NCBI GenBank assembly: GCA_017418945.1
Contig: JAFOMI010000040.1
Location: forward strand, 32-64,031
DNA from: Bacilli bacterium
Lineage (GTDB): Bacteria > Bacillota_I > Bacilli_A > RF39 > UBA660
Direction of reading: 5' to 3'
Length of the DNA stretch: 64,000 nt
The notes under the pieces are model-generated. The model had not been told where the DNA came from, did not search any database, and saw nothing but the letters and a program-made list of their open reading frames with translations. How positions within the stretch are numbered: position 1 is the stretch's first letter; each line of letters starts with the position of its first letter. Shown one piece after another: positions 6,994 to 16,086 of this stretch. The position numbers and the translations under genes were made by a program.

Positions 6994-7767
6994 TTACTTC
7001 TTAATTATCTCTTTAACTTTTTGAACAGCACCTTGAGTATTTTTTTCTCCAAATGCTTGTAATACTTCGATTGGAATTGCAAATATTATTGTATTTGATT
7101 GATCTGATGATAAATCGTTTAAAGTAGCTAATGTTCTTAAATGTAATGCACCTGGTGAATTACTAAGTACATTAGCAGCTTTAGCTAAATTATCTGCAGC
7201 TTCTTTTTCACCTTTAGATTTAGTAATAACTGCTTCTTTTTCTCTTTCAGCTTCTGCAACTTTTGCAATAACTCTTTGCATTTCTTCTGGTAATTTAACA
7301 TCTTTTAATTCAACATTTTCAACTTTAATTCCCCAAGGATCAGTTGCTTCATCAATTACTTTACATATTTCAGTTGATATTTTATCTCTTTCTGATAATA
7401 ATTCATCTAGTGAAACAGCACCAACTGCATTTCTCATTGTAGTTTGTGCAAGTTGTCCAACAGCATATTGATATCTTTCAACAGCAAGAATTGCTTTAGA
7501 TGCATCAAATACTTTATAGTAAATAACTGCATTAATTCTAATAGATACATTATCTTTAGTAATTGCATCTTGTTCAGGAACATCAACTGCTTTTGTTCTT
7601 ATATCAACTTTTTTGTATGATTCTATGATAGGTAATACTAAATTCCAACCTGGTTTCATAATTCTTTTGAATTTACCAAATCTAAATTTAATACCTCTTT
7701 CATATTCAGATACTTGTCTTATTGATATAAGTATAATAAATATAATAATTCCTATAATAATTTTCAT
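6994..7767 (-). CDS. SPFH/band-7 (stomatin/prohibitin-like) membrane protein
   Basis: N-terminal TM helix, then the SPFH core (IRTKAVDVPEQDAITKDNVSIRINAVIYYKV ... WGIKVENVELKDVKLPEEMQ) and an A/E-rich coiled-coil tail. Confidence 0.85.
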   Translation of the reverse strand: MKIIIGIIIFIILISIRQVSEYERGIKFRFGKFKRIMKPGWNLVLPIIESYKKVDIRTKAVDVPEQDAITKDNVSIRINAVIYYKVFDASKAILAVERYQYAVGQLAQTTMRNAVGAVSLDELLSERDKISTEICKVIDEATDPWGIKVENVELKDVKLPEEMQRVIAKVAEAEREKEAVITKSKGEKEAADNLAKAANVLSNSPGALHLRTLATLNDLSSDQSNTIIFAIPIEVLQAFGEKNTQGAVQKVKEIIKK

Positions 7768-7832
7768 ATAATTTCCTCCCTAATATTATTATATTTTTTT
7801 TAAAATAAAAAATCAATAATACGTGTTGAAAA

Positions 7833-8405
7833 ATGAAAAATTATAATATATACTTTTTTATAGAAGGTGTAGTTGATATGTTTAAATTCGATTTTATAAA
7901 CTTAAAATATATATTCATTTCTATAATATCGTTATTAATAATATTTATAGTTATGATGATTTCTTGGTATAAACTTTTTAAAAAAGCTGGTAAAAAAGGT
8001 TATATAGCATTTATTCCTTTTTATAATATTTGGACATTATTTGAAATAGGTAATGTTAAGGGATTTTATTCTTTATTAATATTAATTCCATTATTAGGAT
8101 TATTAATATTTATTATACTTTATTATAAAGCATTAGTAGAAATAGTAAGAAGATTAGATAAGAATAAAGTTCTTGCAATTTTATGTATATTTTTTCCTAT
8201 ATTTATTTATCCATATTTAGGATTTTCTTCATCAATTTATGAGGTTAAACCTGTTGTTAAGGAAACTAGTATTTTAGATATTGATTTAGAAGGTGTTATT
8301 GAAGATAAAGAATTTAATTATGGTTATGAAAAAGAAGATACTGAGGTAATGAAACCTATTAAGAAAAAAACAGGTAATAAAAAGAAAACAACTAAAAAGA
8401 AATAA
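7833..8405 (+). CDS. Hypothetical membrane protein with a K-rich C-terminal tail
   Basis: Three to four hydrophobic segments. The C-terminus is GNKKKTTKKK. Confidence 0.6.
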   Translation: MKNYNIYFFIEGVVDMFKFDFINLKYIFISIISLLIIFIVMMISWYKLFKKAGKKGYIAFIPFYNIWTLFEIGNVKGFYSLLILIPLLGLLIFIILYYKALVEIVRRLDKNKVLAILCIFFPIFIYPYLGFSSSIYEVKPVVKETSILDIDLEGVIEDKEFNYGYEKEDTEVMKPIKKKTGNKKKTTKKK

Positions 8406-8408
8406 TTA

Positions 8409-8969
8409 TTATTTCTTTTTTTTGTTTTCATACATTTCATATAATCTTTTAAATCTTTCAAAGTGTATTATTTCTCTTTGTCTTAAAAAAGATAGGGGAG
8501 ATAGTATATCTTTATCATCTGTTAAATCCATTAGATTTTCATAAGTTGCTCTTGCTTTTTGTTCTGCTGCCATATCTTCCATAATATCTGCAATAGGATC
8601 TCCAGTTACTGCAAAGTAAGCTGCATTAAAAGGTATTCCATCAGCATTCATAGGATATACTGCATTTTTATGTTCTGTATACCAAGATGCTAATCCTTCT
8701 TTTTCTAGTTCCTTAACACTAGCTCCTTCTAGTAATTGATAAACCATGGCACTTATTATTTCCATATGTGCAAATTCTTCGGTAGCGATATCTGTTAATT
8801 CACTTTTTCCATAATCATCAGGCATAGTATATCTTTGATTTAAATATCTAAGTGCAGCCCCAAGTTCTCCATTAGGTCCCCCTGTTTGAGTAATAATATA
8901 TTTTGCCATCTTTACATTTTTGTTTTTTATATTTACAGGAAACTGTAACTTTTTTTCATATTTCCACAT
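8409..8969 (-). CDS. cotJC: Spore coat protein CotJC (manganese-catalase family)
   Basis: MWKYEKKLQFPV...GGPNGELGAALRYLNQRYTMPD...IADIMEDMAAEQKARATY is nearly collinear with Bacillus CotJC. Start set at MWKYEKK (AAAGGA RBS); the ORF track extends 24 nt further and would overlap cotJB. Confidence 0.85.
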   Translation of the reverse strand: MWKYEKKLQFPVNIKNKNVKMAKYIITQTGGPNGELGAALRYLNQRYTMPDDYGKSELTDIATEEFAHMEIISAMVYQLLEGASVKELEKEGLASWYTEHKNAVYPMNADGIPFNAAYFAVTGDPIADIMEDMAAEQKARATYENLMDLTDDKDILSPLSFLRQREIIHFERFKRLYEMYENKKKK

Positions 8970-8971
8970 AG

Positions 8972-9343
8972 TTAAATCCTTTCCCAAGGCCAAGGTGATT
9001 TTACCCAGTCCCAGTTATAACTTTCATTTATATCTAAAGTAATTTTTCCATATCTAGATTCATATTCTTTTTGTAATCTATTTTCTTCTTCCTTATATTG
9101 ATTATATAATCCAATTGCTTGAAGATCATCTGGATATAAATCTAAATATAGATTCATTTCATGCGCTGCGAAACAATATTTCATTATTTCAATAAGTAGT
9201 TCTTCTTTTGGATTATTACTACTTACATTTGCAATATATTTATATGGAGAAAATAAGTTATCAAACATATTACCTCTATTAAATCCTTCACTAACACTTA
9301 CTAGTTTATTATTAGTTGATAGATTATCATACATTTTTATCAT
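8972..9343 (-). CDS. cotJB: Spore coat protein CotJB-like (start uncertain; longer than typical CotJB)
   Basis: AHEMNLYLDLYPDD...YNQY...YESRYGKITL matches the CotJB (F/Y)LDTHP(D/H)D ... YGPL pattern. Adjacent to and co-oriented with cotJC. The 123-aa ORF may carry an N-terminal extension, or the true start may be the internal MFDNLFS. Confidence 0.7.
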   Translation of the reverse strand: MIKMYDNLSTNNKLVSVSEGFNRGNMFDNLFSPYKYIANVSSNNPKEELLIEIMKYCFAAHEMNLYLDLYPDDLQAIGLYNQYKEEENRLQKEYESRYGKITLDINESYNWDWVKSPWPWERI

Positions 9344-9428
9344 TCCTTTCCATATATATTATGATAAAAGCCCTTAATACTTATAGTTAAAAAGCCTAAT
9401 ATATGTTAAAATATTTCTAGGTGATTTT

Positions 9429-10622
9429 ATGGATAGAATAATTATGCATATTGATGTTAATTCAGCTTTTTTATCTTGGTCATCATTAAAATTATTAAGT
9501 GAAGGTTCTAATATAGATTTAAGAAATGAAATAGCAGTAGTTTCAGGAAAAGAAGAAAGTAGACATGGAATAGTTGTCGCATCTTCTATTCCTGCTAAAA
9601 AAATAGGAATTAAATCTCCTATGAATTTAAGAGATGCAAGAAGAATATATAAAGATTTAATTGTAACTCATGCGGATAAGGAATATTATAAAAAATGTTC
9701 TAATAATATGATGAAATTAATAAAATATTTATTTCCAAAATATGAACAATATTCAATAGATGAATGCTTTGTTGATTATACTGAAATGAAAAAATTATAT
9801 GGTGATGAAGTTAAATTTGCGCATAAATTAAAAGATGAAATATATAAAAGATTTGGTTTTACTGTTAATGTTGGAATAGGAAATAATAAGTTGCTTGCAA
9901 AAATGGCAAGTGATTTTGAAAAACCAAATAAAGTTCATACTTTGTATAAAAGTGAGATAAAAGAAAAAATGTGGCCTTTAAAAGTTGGAGATTTATTTAT
10001 GGCAGGAAAAGCTGCATCTATGAAATTAAATGAACTTGGAATTAATACAATAGGTGATTTGGCAAATTATGATCAAAATAAATTAATTAAAGTTTTAAAA
10101 AATCAAGGTAAAATGCTATATGAATACGCTAATGGAATAGATGATTCACCTGTAATAAATAGATATGATGATAGAAAAGGAATTGGTTTTTCAAAAACTT
10201 TAGAAGAAGATACAATAGAAAAAAATGTTATTTATAATAATTTAAGAAACTTTTCAAATAGAATCTCATTAGAATTAAAGAAGAGAAATTTATATGCTTC
10301 AACCTTAGTAGTAACAATAAGATATTCTTCTTTTAAGACATATAATCATCAAATTAAATTTGAAAATAATACAAATTTAGAAGAAGAAATATTTAATTTA
10401 TCAAAAATTGCTTTTAATAAACTATGGAATTTTGAACCAATTAGATTAATTGGACTTAGAGTTACAGATATATCATCAAATAATGATATTCAATTATCTT
10501 TATTTGATGAAAATAATAAAGTATTAAAAGATAAAGAGATAGATAAATTAATAGATTCTATTAATAAAGAATTTGGAACTGGTACTGTTTTTAAAGGTTT
10601 TAAAAATATTGATAGTAATTAA
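9429..10622 (+). CDS. dinB: Y-family DNA polymerase (DinB/Pol IV-like)
   Basis: IMHIDVNSAFLSWS (the Y-family hDxDaFFasvE-type motif) and the little-finger-region pattern. Confidence 0.8.
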   Translation: MDRIIMHIDVNSAFLSWSSLKLLSEGSNIDLRNEIAVVSGKEESRHGIVVASSIPAKKIGIKSPMNLRDARRIYKDLIVTHADKEYYKKCSNNMMKLIKYLFPKYEQYSIDECFVDYTEMKKLYGDEVKFAHKLKDEIYKRFGFTVNVGIGNNKLLAKMASDFEKPNKVHTLYKSEIKEKMWPLKVGDLFMAGKAASMKLNELGINTIGDLANYDQNKLIKVLKNQGKMLYEYANGIDDSPVINRYDDRKGIGFSKTLEEDTIEKNVIYNNLRNFSNRISLELKKRNLYASTLVVTIRYSSFKTYNHQIKFENNTNLEEEIFNLSKIAFNKLWNFEPIRLIGLRVTDISSNNDIQLSLFDENNKVLKDKEIDKLIDSINKEFGTGTVFKGFKNIDSN

Positions 10623-10660
10623 AATTTAAATAAAAAATATAATTAATAAGGAGGTTTATT

Positions 10661-10867
10661 ATGGATGAAATAAAAGATGATTATGAACTAATAATAAGAG
10701 AAGAGTATACTACAGATAAACCTGATTATATAATGTCTAAATTAAATGAGTTATATCCTAAAGAAGAAGGATTCTGGGTATTAAGTGAAACAGAAAATGT
10801 AAATAAAAAATGTAAAAAATTATATATAGATATATTTAAAGAAAATAAAAAAAGGAAAACATTTTAA
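10661..10867 (+). CDS. Small hypothetical protein (68 aa)
   Basis: AAGGAGG RBS. Followed by hairpin aaaacattttaaaatgtttt plus a T-run. Confidence 0.5.
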   Translation: MDEIKDDYELIIREEYTTDKPDYIMSKLNELYPKEEGFWVLSETENVNKKCKKLYIDIFKENKKRKTF

Positions 10868-10907
10868 AATGTTTTTTTATTTGTTATAATAACTTATGGT
10901 GAGTAAA

Positions 10908-13043
10908 ATGAATAATGAAATAATAAATGAAATAGCAAAGGAATTAGGTATTAAAGATATACAAGTTTCTAAAACATTAGAGATGCTTGAAGAAGGAAAT
11001 ACAATTCCATTTATCGCAAGATATAGAAAAGAAGTTACAGGTAACCTTGATGAAGATAAGATTAAATCGATATCTGATGTTTATGAATATCAAGTTAATT
11101 TATTAAAAAGAAAAGAAGATGTTATTAGATTAATTGATGAAAAAGGTTTATTAACAGATGAATTAAAGAGTCAAATAATGAAGGCAGAAAAGTTAGTAGA
11201 TGTTGAAGATATTTATAGACCATATAAAGAAAAGAAGAAAACAAAAGCAACTGAAGCAATTAAATATGGATTAGAACCACTTGCAAAAATAATATTATCT
11301 TTTCCAGATACTTTATATGTAGATAAGTTTATTAATGAAAATGTTAAGAGTGAAAAAGATGCTATACAAGGAGCTATGTATATAATCGCAGAATATATTT
11401 CTGATAATGCATATTATAGAAAATGGATTAGAAATTTTACTTTTAAAACAGGTAAAATAAAGTCTAAAATAAAGAAAAATTCAGTAGATGAAAAGAAAGT
11501 ATATGAAATGTATTATGATTATGATGAAGAAGTTAAATTTATTAAACCTCATAGAGTACTTGCGCTAAATAGAGGAGAAAAAGAAAATGTACTTTCTGTT
11601 TCTATTGAAGTAGATAAGAATAAGATTTTTGAATATTTAGAAAATAAAATGATAAAAAAAGAAAATGAATGCGCAGGATATGTAAGAGAATCAATTAAAG
11701 ATAGTTATGCTAGATTAATTGGTCCATCTATTGAAAGAGAAATTAGAAGTGAACTTAGTGAAAAAGCAGGAGATACTGCGATTGAAAACTTCGGTAAGAA
11801 TTTAGAAAGCTTACTTTTACAACCCCCAATTAAAAATAAAAGAGTACTTGCGTTTGATCCAGGATATACTAATGGGTGCAAACTAGCATGCCTAGATGAA
11901 ACAGGTAAATATTTATATTCATGTGTTATAAAACCATTCGCATCATCTGAAAAAGAATTCATTAATTCTAAAAATACATTATTAAAATTAATTAAAGAAT
12001 ATAAAATAGATATAGTTTCTATTGGTAATGGAACTGCATCAAGAGAATCTGAAAAATTAATTGCAGATTTAATAAAAGAATTTAATTTAGATACAAAATA
12101 TATTATTGTAAGTGAAGCAGGTGCATCAATTTATAGTACAGAAAAAGTAGCGCAAGAAGAATTTCCAAATCTTTCTCCAAATGAAAGAAGTGCAGTTTCA
12201 ATTGGAAGAAGACTTCAAGATCCACTTGCGGAACTTGTTAAAATTCCACCTGATGGAATGGGGGTAGGTTTATATCAACATGATGTATCTAATACTAAAT
12301 TAAAAGATAGATTAGATTTCGTTGTAGAAAAGAGTGTTAATACAGTTGGTGTTAATATAAATACTGCATCTTCTTCAATATTAAAATATATTTCTGGTTT
12401 AACAAAAAAATCTATAGATAAAATAATGGAATATAGAGAAGAAAATGGTAAATTTAAATCAAGAGAAGAATTAAAGAAGAAAAAGATTTTATCAGACAAG
12501 GTTTATGAACAAGCAATTGGTTTTATGAGAATAATAGATGGTGATAATGTTCTAGATAAGACATCTATCCACCCAGAAAGTTATGATATTACGTTAAAAC
12601 TACTTAGTTTAGTAGGTTTAACTTTAAATGATATTGGAACAGAAAAATTAATAACAAAACTAGATAATATTAATATAGATTCTATGTCTAAAGAATTAAA
12701 TATAGATATATATACTTTAGAAGATATAATTAATTCATTAAAGAAACCAAATAGAGATCCAAGAGATGAACTTCCAAAGCCATTACTAAAAAGTAATGTA
12801 CTTGATATTAATGATTTAGAAAAAGGAATGAAATTAGAAGGAACTGTTAGAAATGTTGTAGACTTTGGTGCGTTTATTGATATTGGACTTCATAATGATG
12901 GACTAGTTCATATATCAGAGATATCAGATACTTTTATTAAACATCCAAGTGATGTATTGTCAGTTGGTGATATAGTAACAGTATATGTTAAAGAAATATT
13001 TAAAGATAAAGAAAAAGTTGCTTTAACTATGAAAGAAGAATAG
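10908..13043 (+). CDS. tex: Transcription accessory protein Tex (YqgF/HhH/S1 domains)
   Basis: IPFIARYRKEVTGNLDE near the N-terminus and a C-terminal S1 domain (GTVRNVVDFGAFIDIGLHNDGLVHISEIS). Start at the second ATG, which has a GGTGAG RBS. Confidence 0.85.
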   Translation: MNNEIINEIAKELGIKDIQVSKTLEMLEEGNTIPFIARYRKEVTGNLDEDKIKSISDVYEYQVNLLKRKEDVIRLIDEKGLLTDELKSQIMKAEKLVDVEDIYRPYKEKKKTKATEAIKYGLEPLAKIILSFPDTLYVDKFINENVKSEKDAIQGAMYIIAEYISDNAYYRKWIRNFTFKTGKIKSKIKKNSVDEKKVYEMYYDYDEEVKFIKPHRVLALNRGEKENVLSVSIEVDKNKIFEYLENKMIKKENECAGYVRESIKDSYARLIGPSIEREIRSELSEKAGDTAIENFGKNLESLLLQPPIKNKRVLAFDPGYTNGCKLACLDETGKYLYSCVIKPFASSEKEFINSKNTLLKLIKEYKIDIVSIGNGTASRESEKLIADLIKEFNLDTKYIIVSEAGASIYSTEKVAQEEFPNLSPNERSAVSIGRRLQDPLAELVKIPPDGMGVGLYQHDVSNTKLKDRLDFVVEKSVNTVGVNINTASSSILKYISGLTKKSIDKIMEYREENGKFKSREELKKKKILSDKVYEQAIGFMRIIDGDNVLDKTSIHPESYDITLKLLSLVGLTLNDIGTEKLITKLDNINIDSMSKELNIDIYTLEDIINSLKKPNRDPRDELPKPLLKSNVLDINDLEKGMKLEGTVRNVVDFGAFIDIGLHNDGLVHISEISDTFIKHPSDVLSVGDIVTVYVKEIFKDKEKVALTMKEE

Positions 13044-13113
13044 GATTCTTCTTTTTGTTTGACTTATAAATTTTATTATGCTATATTAATGTGCGCAAAA
13101 AGGAGAATGATAT

Positions 13114-13707
13114 ATGTCAATTACCTATGAAGAAGCAATATATAAAAAAGAAAAATTAGAAAGAGATTACAAGAGAATAAAAGCGTTAAAAAAAGAAAAT
13201 AGAGTAGATCCTAATGGACCTTTTTATAGATTTAAACTAAATGATGAAGTATTTAATATGCTTGATGATTATGCTAATAAAAATGATAAAGATTTTAGTC
13301 ATAATGATATTGTAGATTTTTTTGATGAAAAAGTATTTAATAATATAGATGGTAAAATAGTTTCTAATAGAGATTATATATTTGATAATAAAAATAGTTG
13401 TAAAAAATATTTGTTAGAAATAATTGATCGTTTAAATAAAAAAGTTTCTTTAAAAGAAACTAGTGATTATTCTAGAATTGAATTTTTATTAGAAGTAGAT
13501 TTTGAATCATTAATTAAAAGTGATGAAAATTCATTAGATGAATGTAAAAAGAATTTAGAATTATTAAAAGAAGAGATTCAAAAAACTCTTAATCATACTA
13601 AAGCAAAGAATAAGTACTTAAAAAAGAGTTTTGAAAGAATGATAAAGAAATATGATAATAATCAAGAATTAATTTCTAATCTTGAAAATATTAAATTTTT
13701 TTCTTAA
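13114..13707 (+). CDS. Hypothetical protein (197 aa)
   Basis: AAAGGAG RBS. No recognisable motif. Confidence 0.55.
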   Translation: MSITYEEAIYKKEKLERDYKRIKALKKENRVDPNGPFYRFKLNDEVFNMLDDYANKNDKDFSHNDIVDFFDEKVFNNIDGKIVSNRDYIFDNKNSCKKYLLEIIDRLNKKVSLKETSDYSRIEFLLEVDFESLIKSDENSLDECKKNLELLKEEIQKTLNHTKAKNKYLKKSFERMIKKYDNNQELISNLENIKFFS

Positions 13708-13894
13708 GAATAAAATATATACTAATTATAAAGAAATTAGTTTATGAAAAATAAGTAGAAAACTTAGATAATTTAATGGAAGATAATAATTAGATAATAA
13801 GATAGAATCAAAAAAAATCATTAGAATTATTATTTGAAAAATATTATATTATAATTATAGATTCAATATATTTACTAATAAATAAGTAGTGCTA

Positions 13895-13923
13895 TTGACA
13901 TAAATTAATAATAGTTATATAAT
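13895..13923 (+). promoter_or_regulatory. Consensus sigma-A promoter (TTGACA-N17-TATAAT) driving the metG leader
   Basis: ttgacataaattaataatagttatataat read directly. Confidence 0.6.
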
Positions 13924-13939
13924 CTATTTTGTTTTAAAA

Positions 13940-14190
13940 CCTTTGATGGGAAGAGTAAAAAGAATAGTTTTATAGAGAGTCTATGTATGGTGGAAATAGA
14001 TAAATAGTTTCTTTTGAACATGGTCCTTAAATAGGTGATTAACTGATATTTAAGTTAATACAGAATTGCGCCTGTTATAGCGCTATACCGATAGGTTAAT
14101 AAGGTTAATATAGTAATATATTAATGAATAAGAGTGGTAACACGTTAATACGTCTCTTAGAAGTTTTCTTCTAGGAGTTTTTTTATTAAA
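13940..14190 (+). promoter_or_regulatory. T-box riboswitch leader (Met specifier) upstream of metG
   Basis: Conserved T-box sequence aagaGTGGTAACacg at 14130-14144. It overlaps a terminator/antiterminator element (ctcttagaagttttcttctaggag plus a T-run). An AUG-containing specifier region (tgtATGgtgg) is present. Confidence 0.65.
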
Positions 14191-14203
14191 AGGAGGAATA
14201 AAA

Positions 14204-15835
14204 ATGAATATTATTGTAGGAATAAGTTGGCCATTTGCGAATGGTGATCTTCATATTGGACATGCTGCATCAAGTTTACCAGGTGATGTAATCGCAAGAT
14301 ATCATAGATTAAAAGGAAATAATGTTTTAATGGTTTCTGGTACTGATTGTCATGGAACACCAATTGAAGTAAAAGCTCTAAAAGAAAATAGATCACCAAA
14401 AGAATTAGTAGATATTTGTCATGAATCATTTTCTAAAGATTGGAAAGATTTAGGAATGAGTTATGATTTATTTAATAGAACAGATGATGATTATCATAAA
14501 GAATTTGTAAAGGAACAATTTAAAAAATATAATGAAAATGGATATCTTTATGAAAAAGAAGATGAACAATTATTCTGCGAAAATTGTAATATGTTTTTAG
14601 CGGATCGTTATATTATTGGTATTTGTCCAAAATGTGGTGCAATGATAAAAGGTGATGAATGCGAAAAATGTGGTAGTTTATTAACTATTGATGAAGTTAA
14701 AGATACTAAATGTGCAATTTGTGGAAATAAAACTACTAAAAAGAAAAATAAAAATTTATATTTTAAATTATCTAAGTTTGAAGATGAAATTAGAAAATCA
14801 TGTGAAGAACATAAAACTCTATGGAGAGATAATGCAGTTAAATTTACAGAAAGATATTTAAATGAAGGTATACCAGATAGATGTATTTCAAGAGTACAAA
14901 AATATGGTGTAGATATTCCTGTAAAAGGATATGAAGATAAGAAATTATATGGATGGTTTGAAAATGTTTGGGGATATGTAACAGCATCTAAAAAAATTGC
15001 AGAAGAAAGAGGATTAGATTTTAATGATTTCTGGAAAAAAGATGGAGATAATAAAATTTATTTAGTTCATGCGAAAGATAATATTCCATTCCATACAGTT
15101 ATTTTCCCAATATTATTAATGGGTACAAACGATAATTATAAAATGCCAGATAAAATAGTATCTGATGAATATGTTAATATTGAAGGAGAAAAATTATCTA
15201 AGAGTAAAGGAAATTATATTCCAATAAGACATTTACTTAATAGATATTCAGTTGATACAACAAGATATTTCTTAACAAGTAATGATCCTGAAAATAAAGA
15301 CTTTAATTTTACATGGGAAGGATTTATTAATTCTCATAATGGTGAACTATTAGGTAAATGGGGTAACTTTGTTAATAGAACTCTTCAATTTATTAATAAA
15401 TCATTTGAAGGAAAACTAAGTAATAATGAAGTAGATACTGAAATAGAAAATAAATTAAAAGAATTATATGAAACAGTTGGAAATAATATTGATAATGGAG
15501 ATATTAAATTAGGTATTCAAAATATATTTGATTTTATTGCTTATTCTAATAAGTATTTTGATGAAAATGAACCTTGGACTTTAGCAAAAACTAATAAAGA
15601 TGAATGCGAAAGAGTTTTATATAATTGTGTTAATATTATTTATAATATTAATAATTTATTAAAACCATATTTAATTGAATCTACAGTTAAAGTAGAAGAT
15701 TATTTAAATAGAAGTATTGATGAATGGAAATATGTTAAATTAGATAAAGTTGAATTAAAGAATAATATAGAAGCTTTATTTGTAAGATATGATAAATCAT
15801 TAATAGATGAAGAAAAAGAAATACTAGGTAAATAA
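14204..15835 (+). CDS. metG: Methionyl-tRNA synthetase (short form)
   Basis: HIGHAAS (HIGH) and KLSKSKGN (KMSKS) motifs plus CPKCG/CEKCG zinc knuckles. AAAGGAGG RBS. Confidence 0.93.
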   Translation: MNIIVGISWPFANGDLHIGHAASSLPGDVIARYHRLKGNNVLMVSGTDCHGTPIEVKALKENRSPKELVDICHESFSKDWKDLGMSYDLFNRTDDDYHKEFVKEQFKKYNENGYLYEKEDEQLFCENCNMFLADRYIIGICPKCGAMIKGDECEKCGSLLTIDEVKDTKCAICGNKTTKKKNKNLYFKLSKFEDEIRKSCEEHKTLWRDNAVKFTERYLNEGIPDRCISRVQKYGVDIPVKGYEDKKLYGWFENVWGYVTASKKIAEERGLDFNDFWKKDGDNKIYLVHAKDNIPFHTVIFPILLMGTNDNYKMPDKIVSDEYVNIEGEKLSKSKGNYIPIRHLLNRYSVDTTRYFLTSNDPENKDFNFTWEGFINSHNGELLGKWGNFVNRTLQFINKSFEGKLSNNEVDTEIENKLKELYETVGNNIDNGDIKLGIQNIFDFIAYSNKYFDENEPWTLAKTNKDECERVLYNCVNIIYNINNLLKPYLIESTVKVEDYLNRSIDEWKYVKLDKVELKNNIEALFVRYDKSLIDEEKEILGK

Positions 15836-16075
15836 TTGACACAAGAATTAAAAAGTGCTAATATTTAAGCATAAATCGTTGATGAGGACATGATTTATAT
15901 AGTAATTATTAAAGAGAGTTAGTGGTTGGTGTAAACTAATAAATTATATATAAATTCCTACCTCAGAGTAAAATGTAAACATTTTCGGTTTAAAACCGTT
16001 ATCTAATTAAGTTAAATAAAGGATGGTACCGTCATTAGACTCCTTGTCTTGGTACTATCTTTTTTTATTTTAAAG
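15836..16075 (+). promoter_or_regulatory. Promoter (TTGACA-17-TAATAT) plus T-box riboswitch leader (Pro specifier) upstream of proS
   Basis: T-box motif aaGGATGGTACCGtc at 16019-16035. Terminator cattagactccttgtcttggtactatc plus T7. A CCU-containing candidate specifier (aattCCTacc) is present. Confidence 0.6.
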
Positions 16076-16086
16076 GAGGAATAAAT

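Noticed and set aside
8972-9343. Possibility that the 123-aa cotJB ORF is a cotJA-cotJB fusion
   Set aside because: I cannot recognise a CotJA signature in the N-terminal 35 residues by eye. Left as a start-site ambiguity rather than a claimed fusion.
9344-9428. Looked for a LexA/SOS box (CGAACnnnnGTTCG-like) upstream of the dinB-like gene
   Set aside because: No such motif is present in the 85-bp intergenic region. SOS control cannot be claimed from sequence.
11705-12499. Two minus-strand ORFs (85 and 74 aa) inside tex
   Set aside because: Antisense to a well-supported conserved gene. No RBS. Compositional artefacts.
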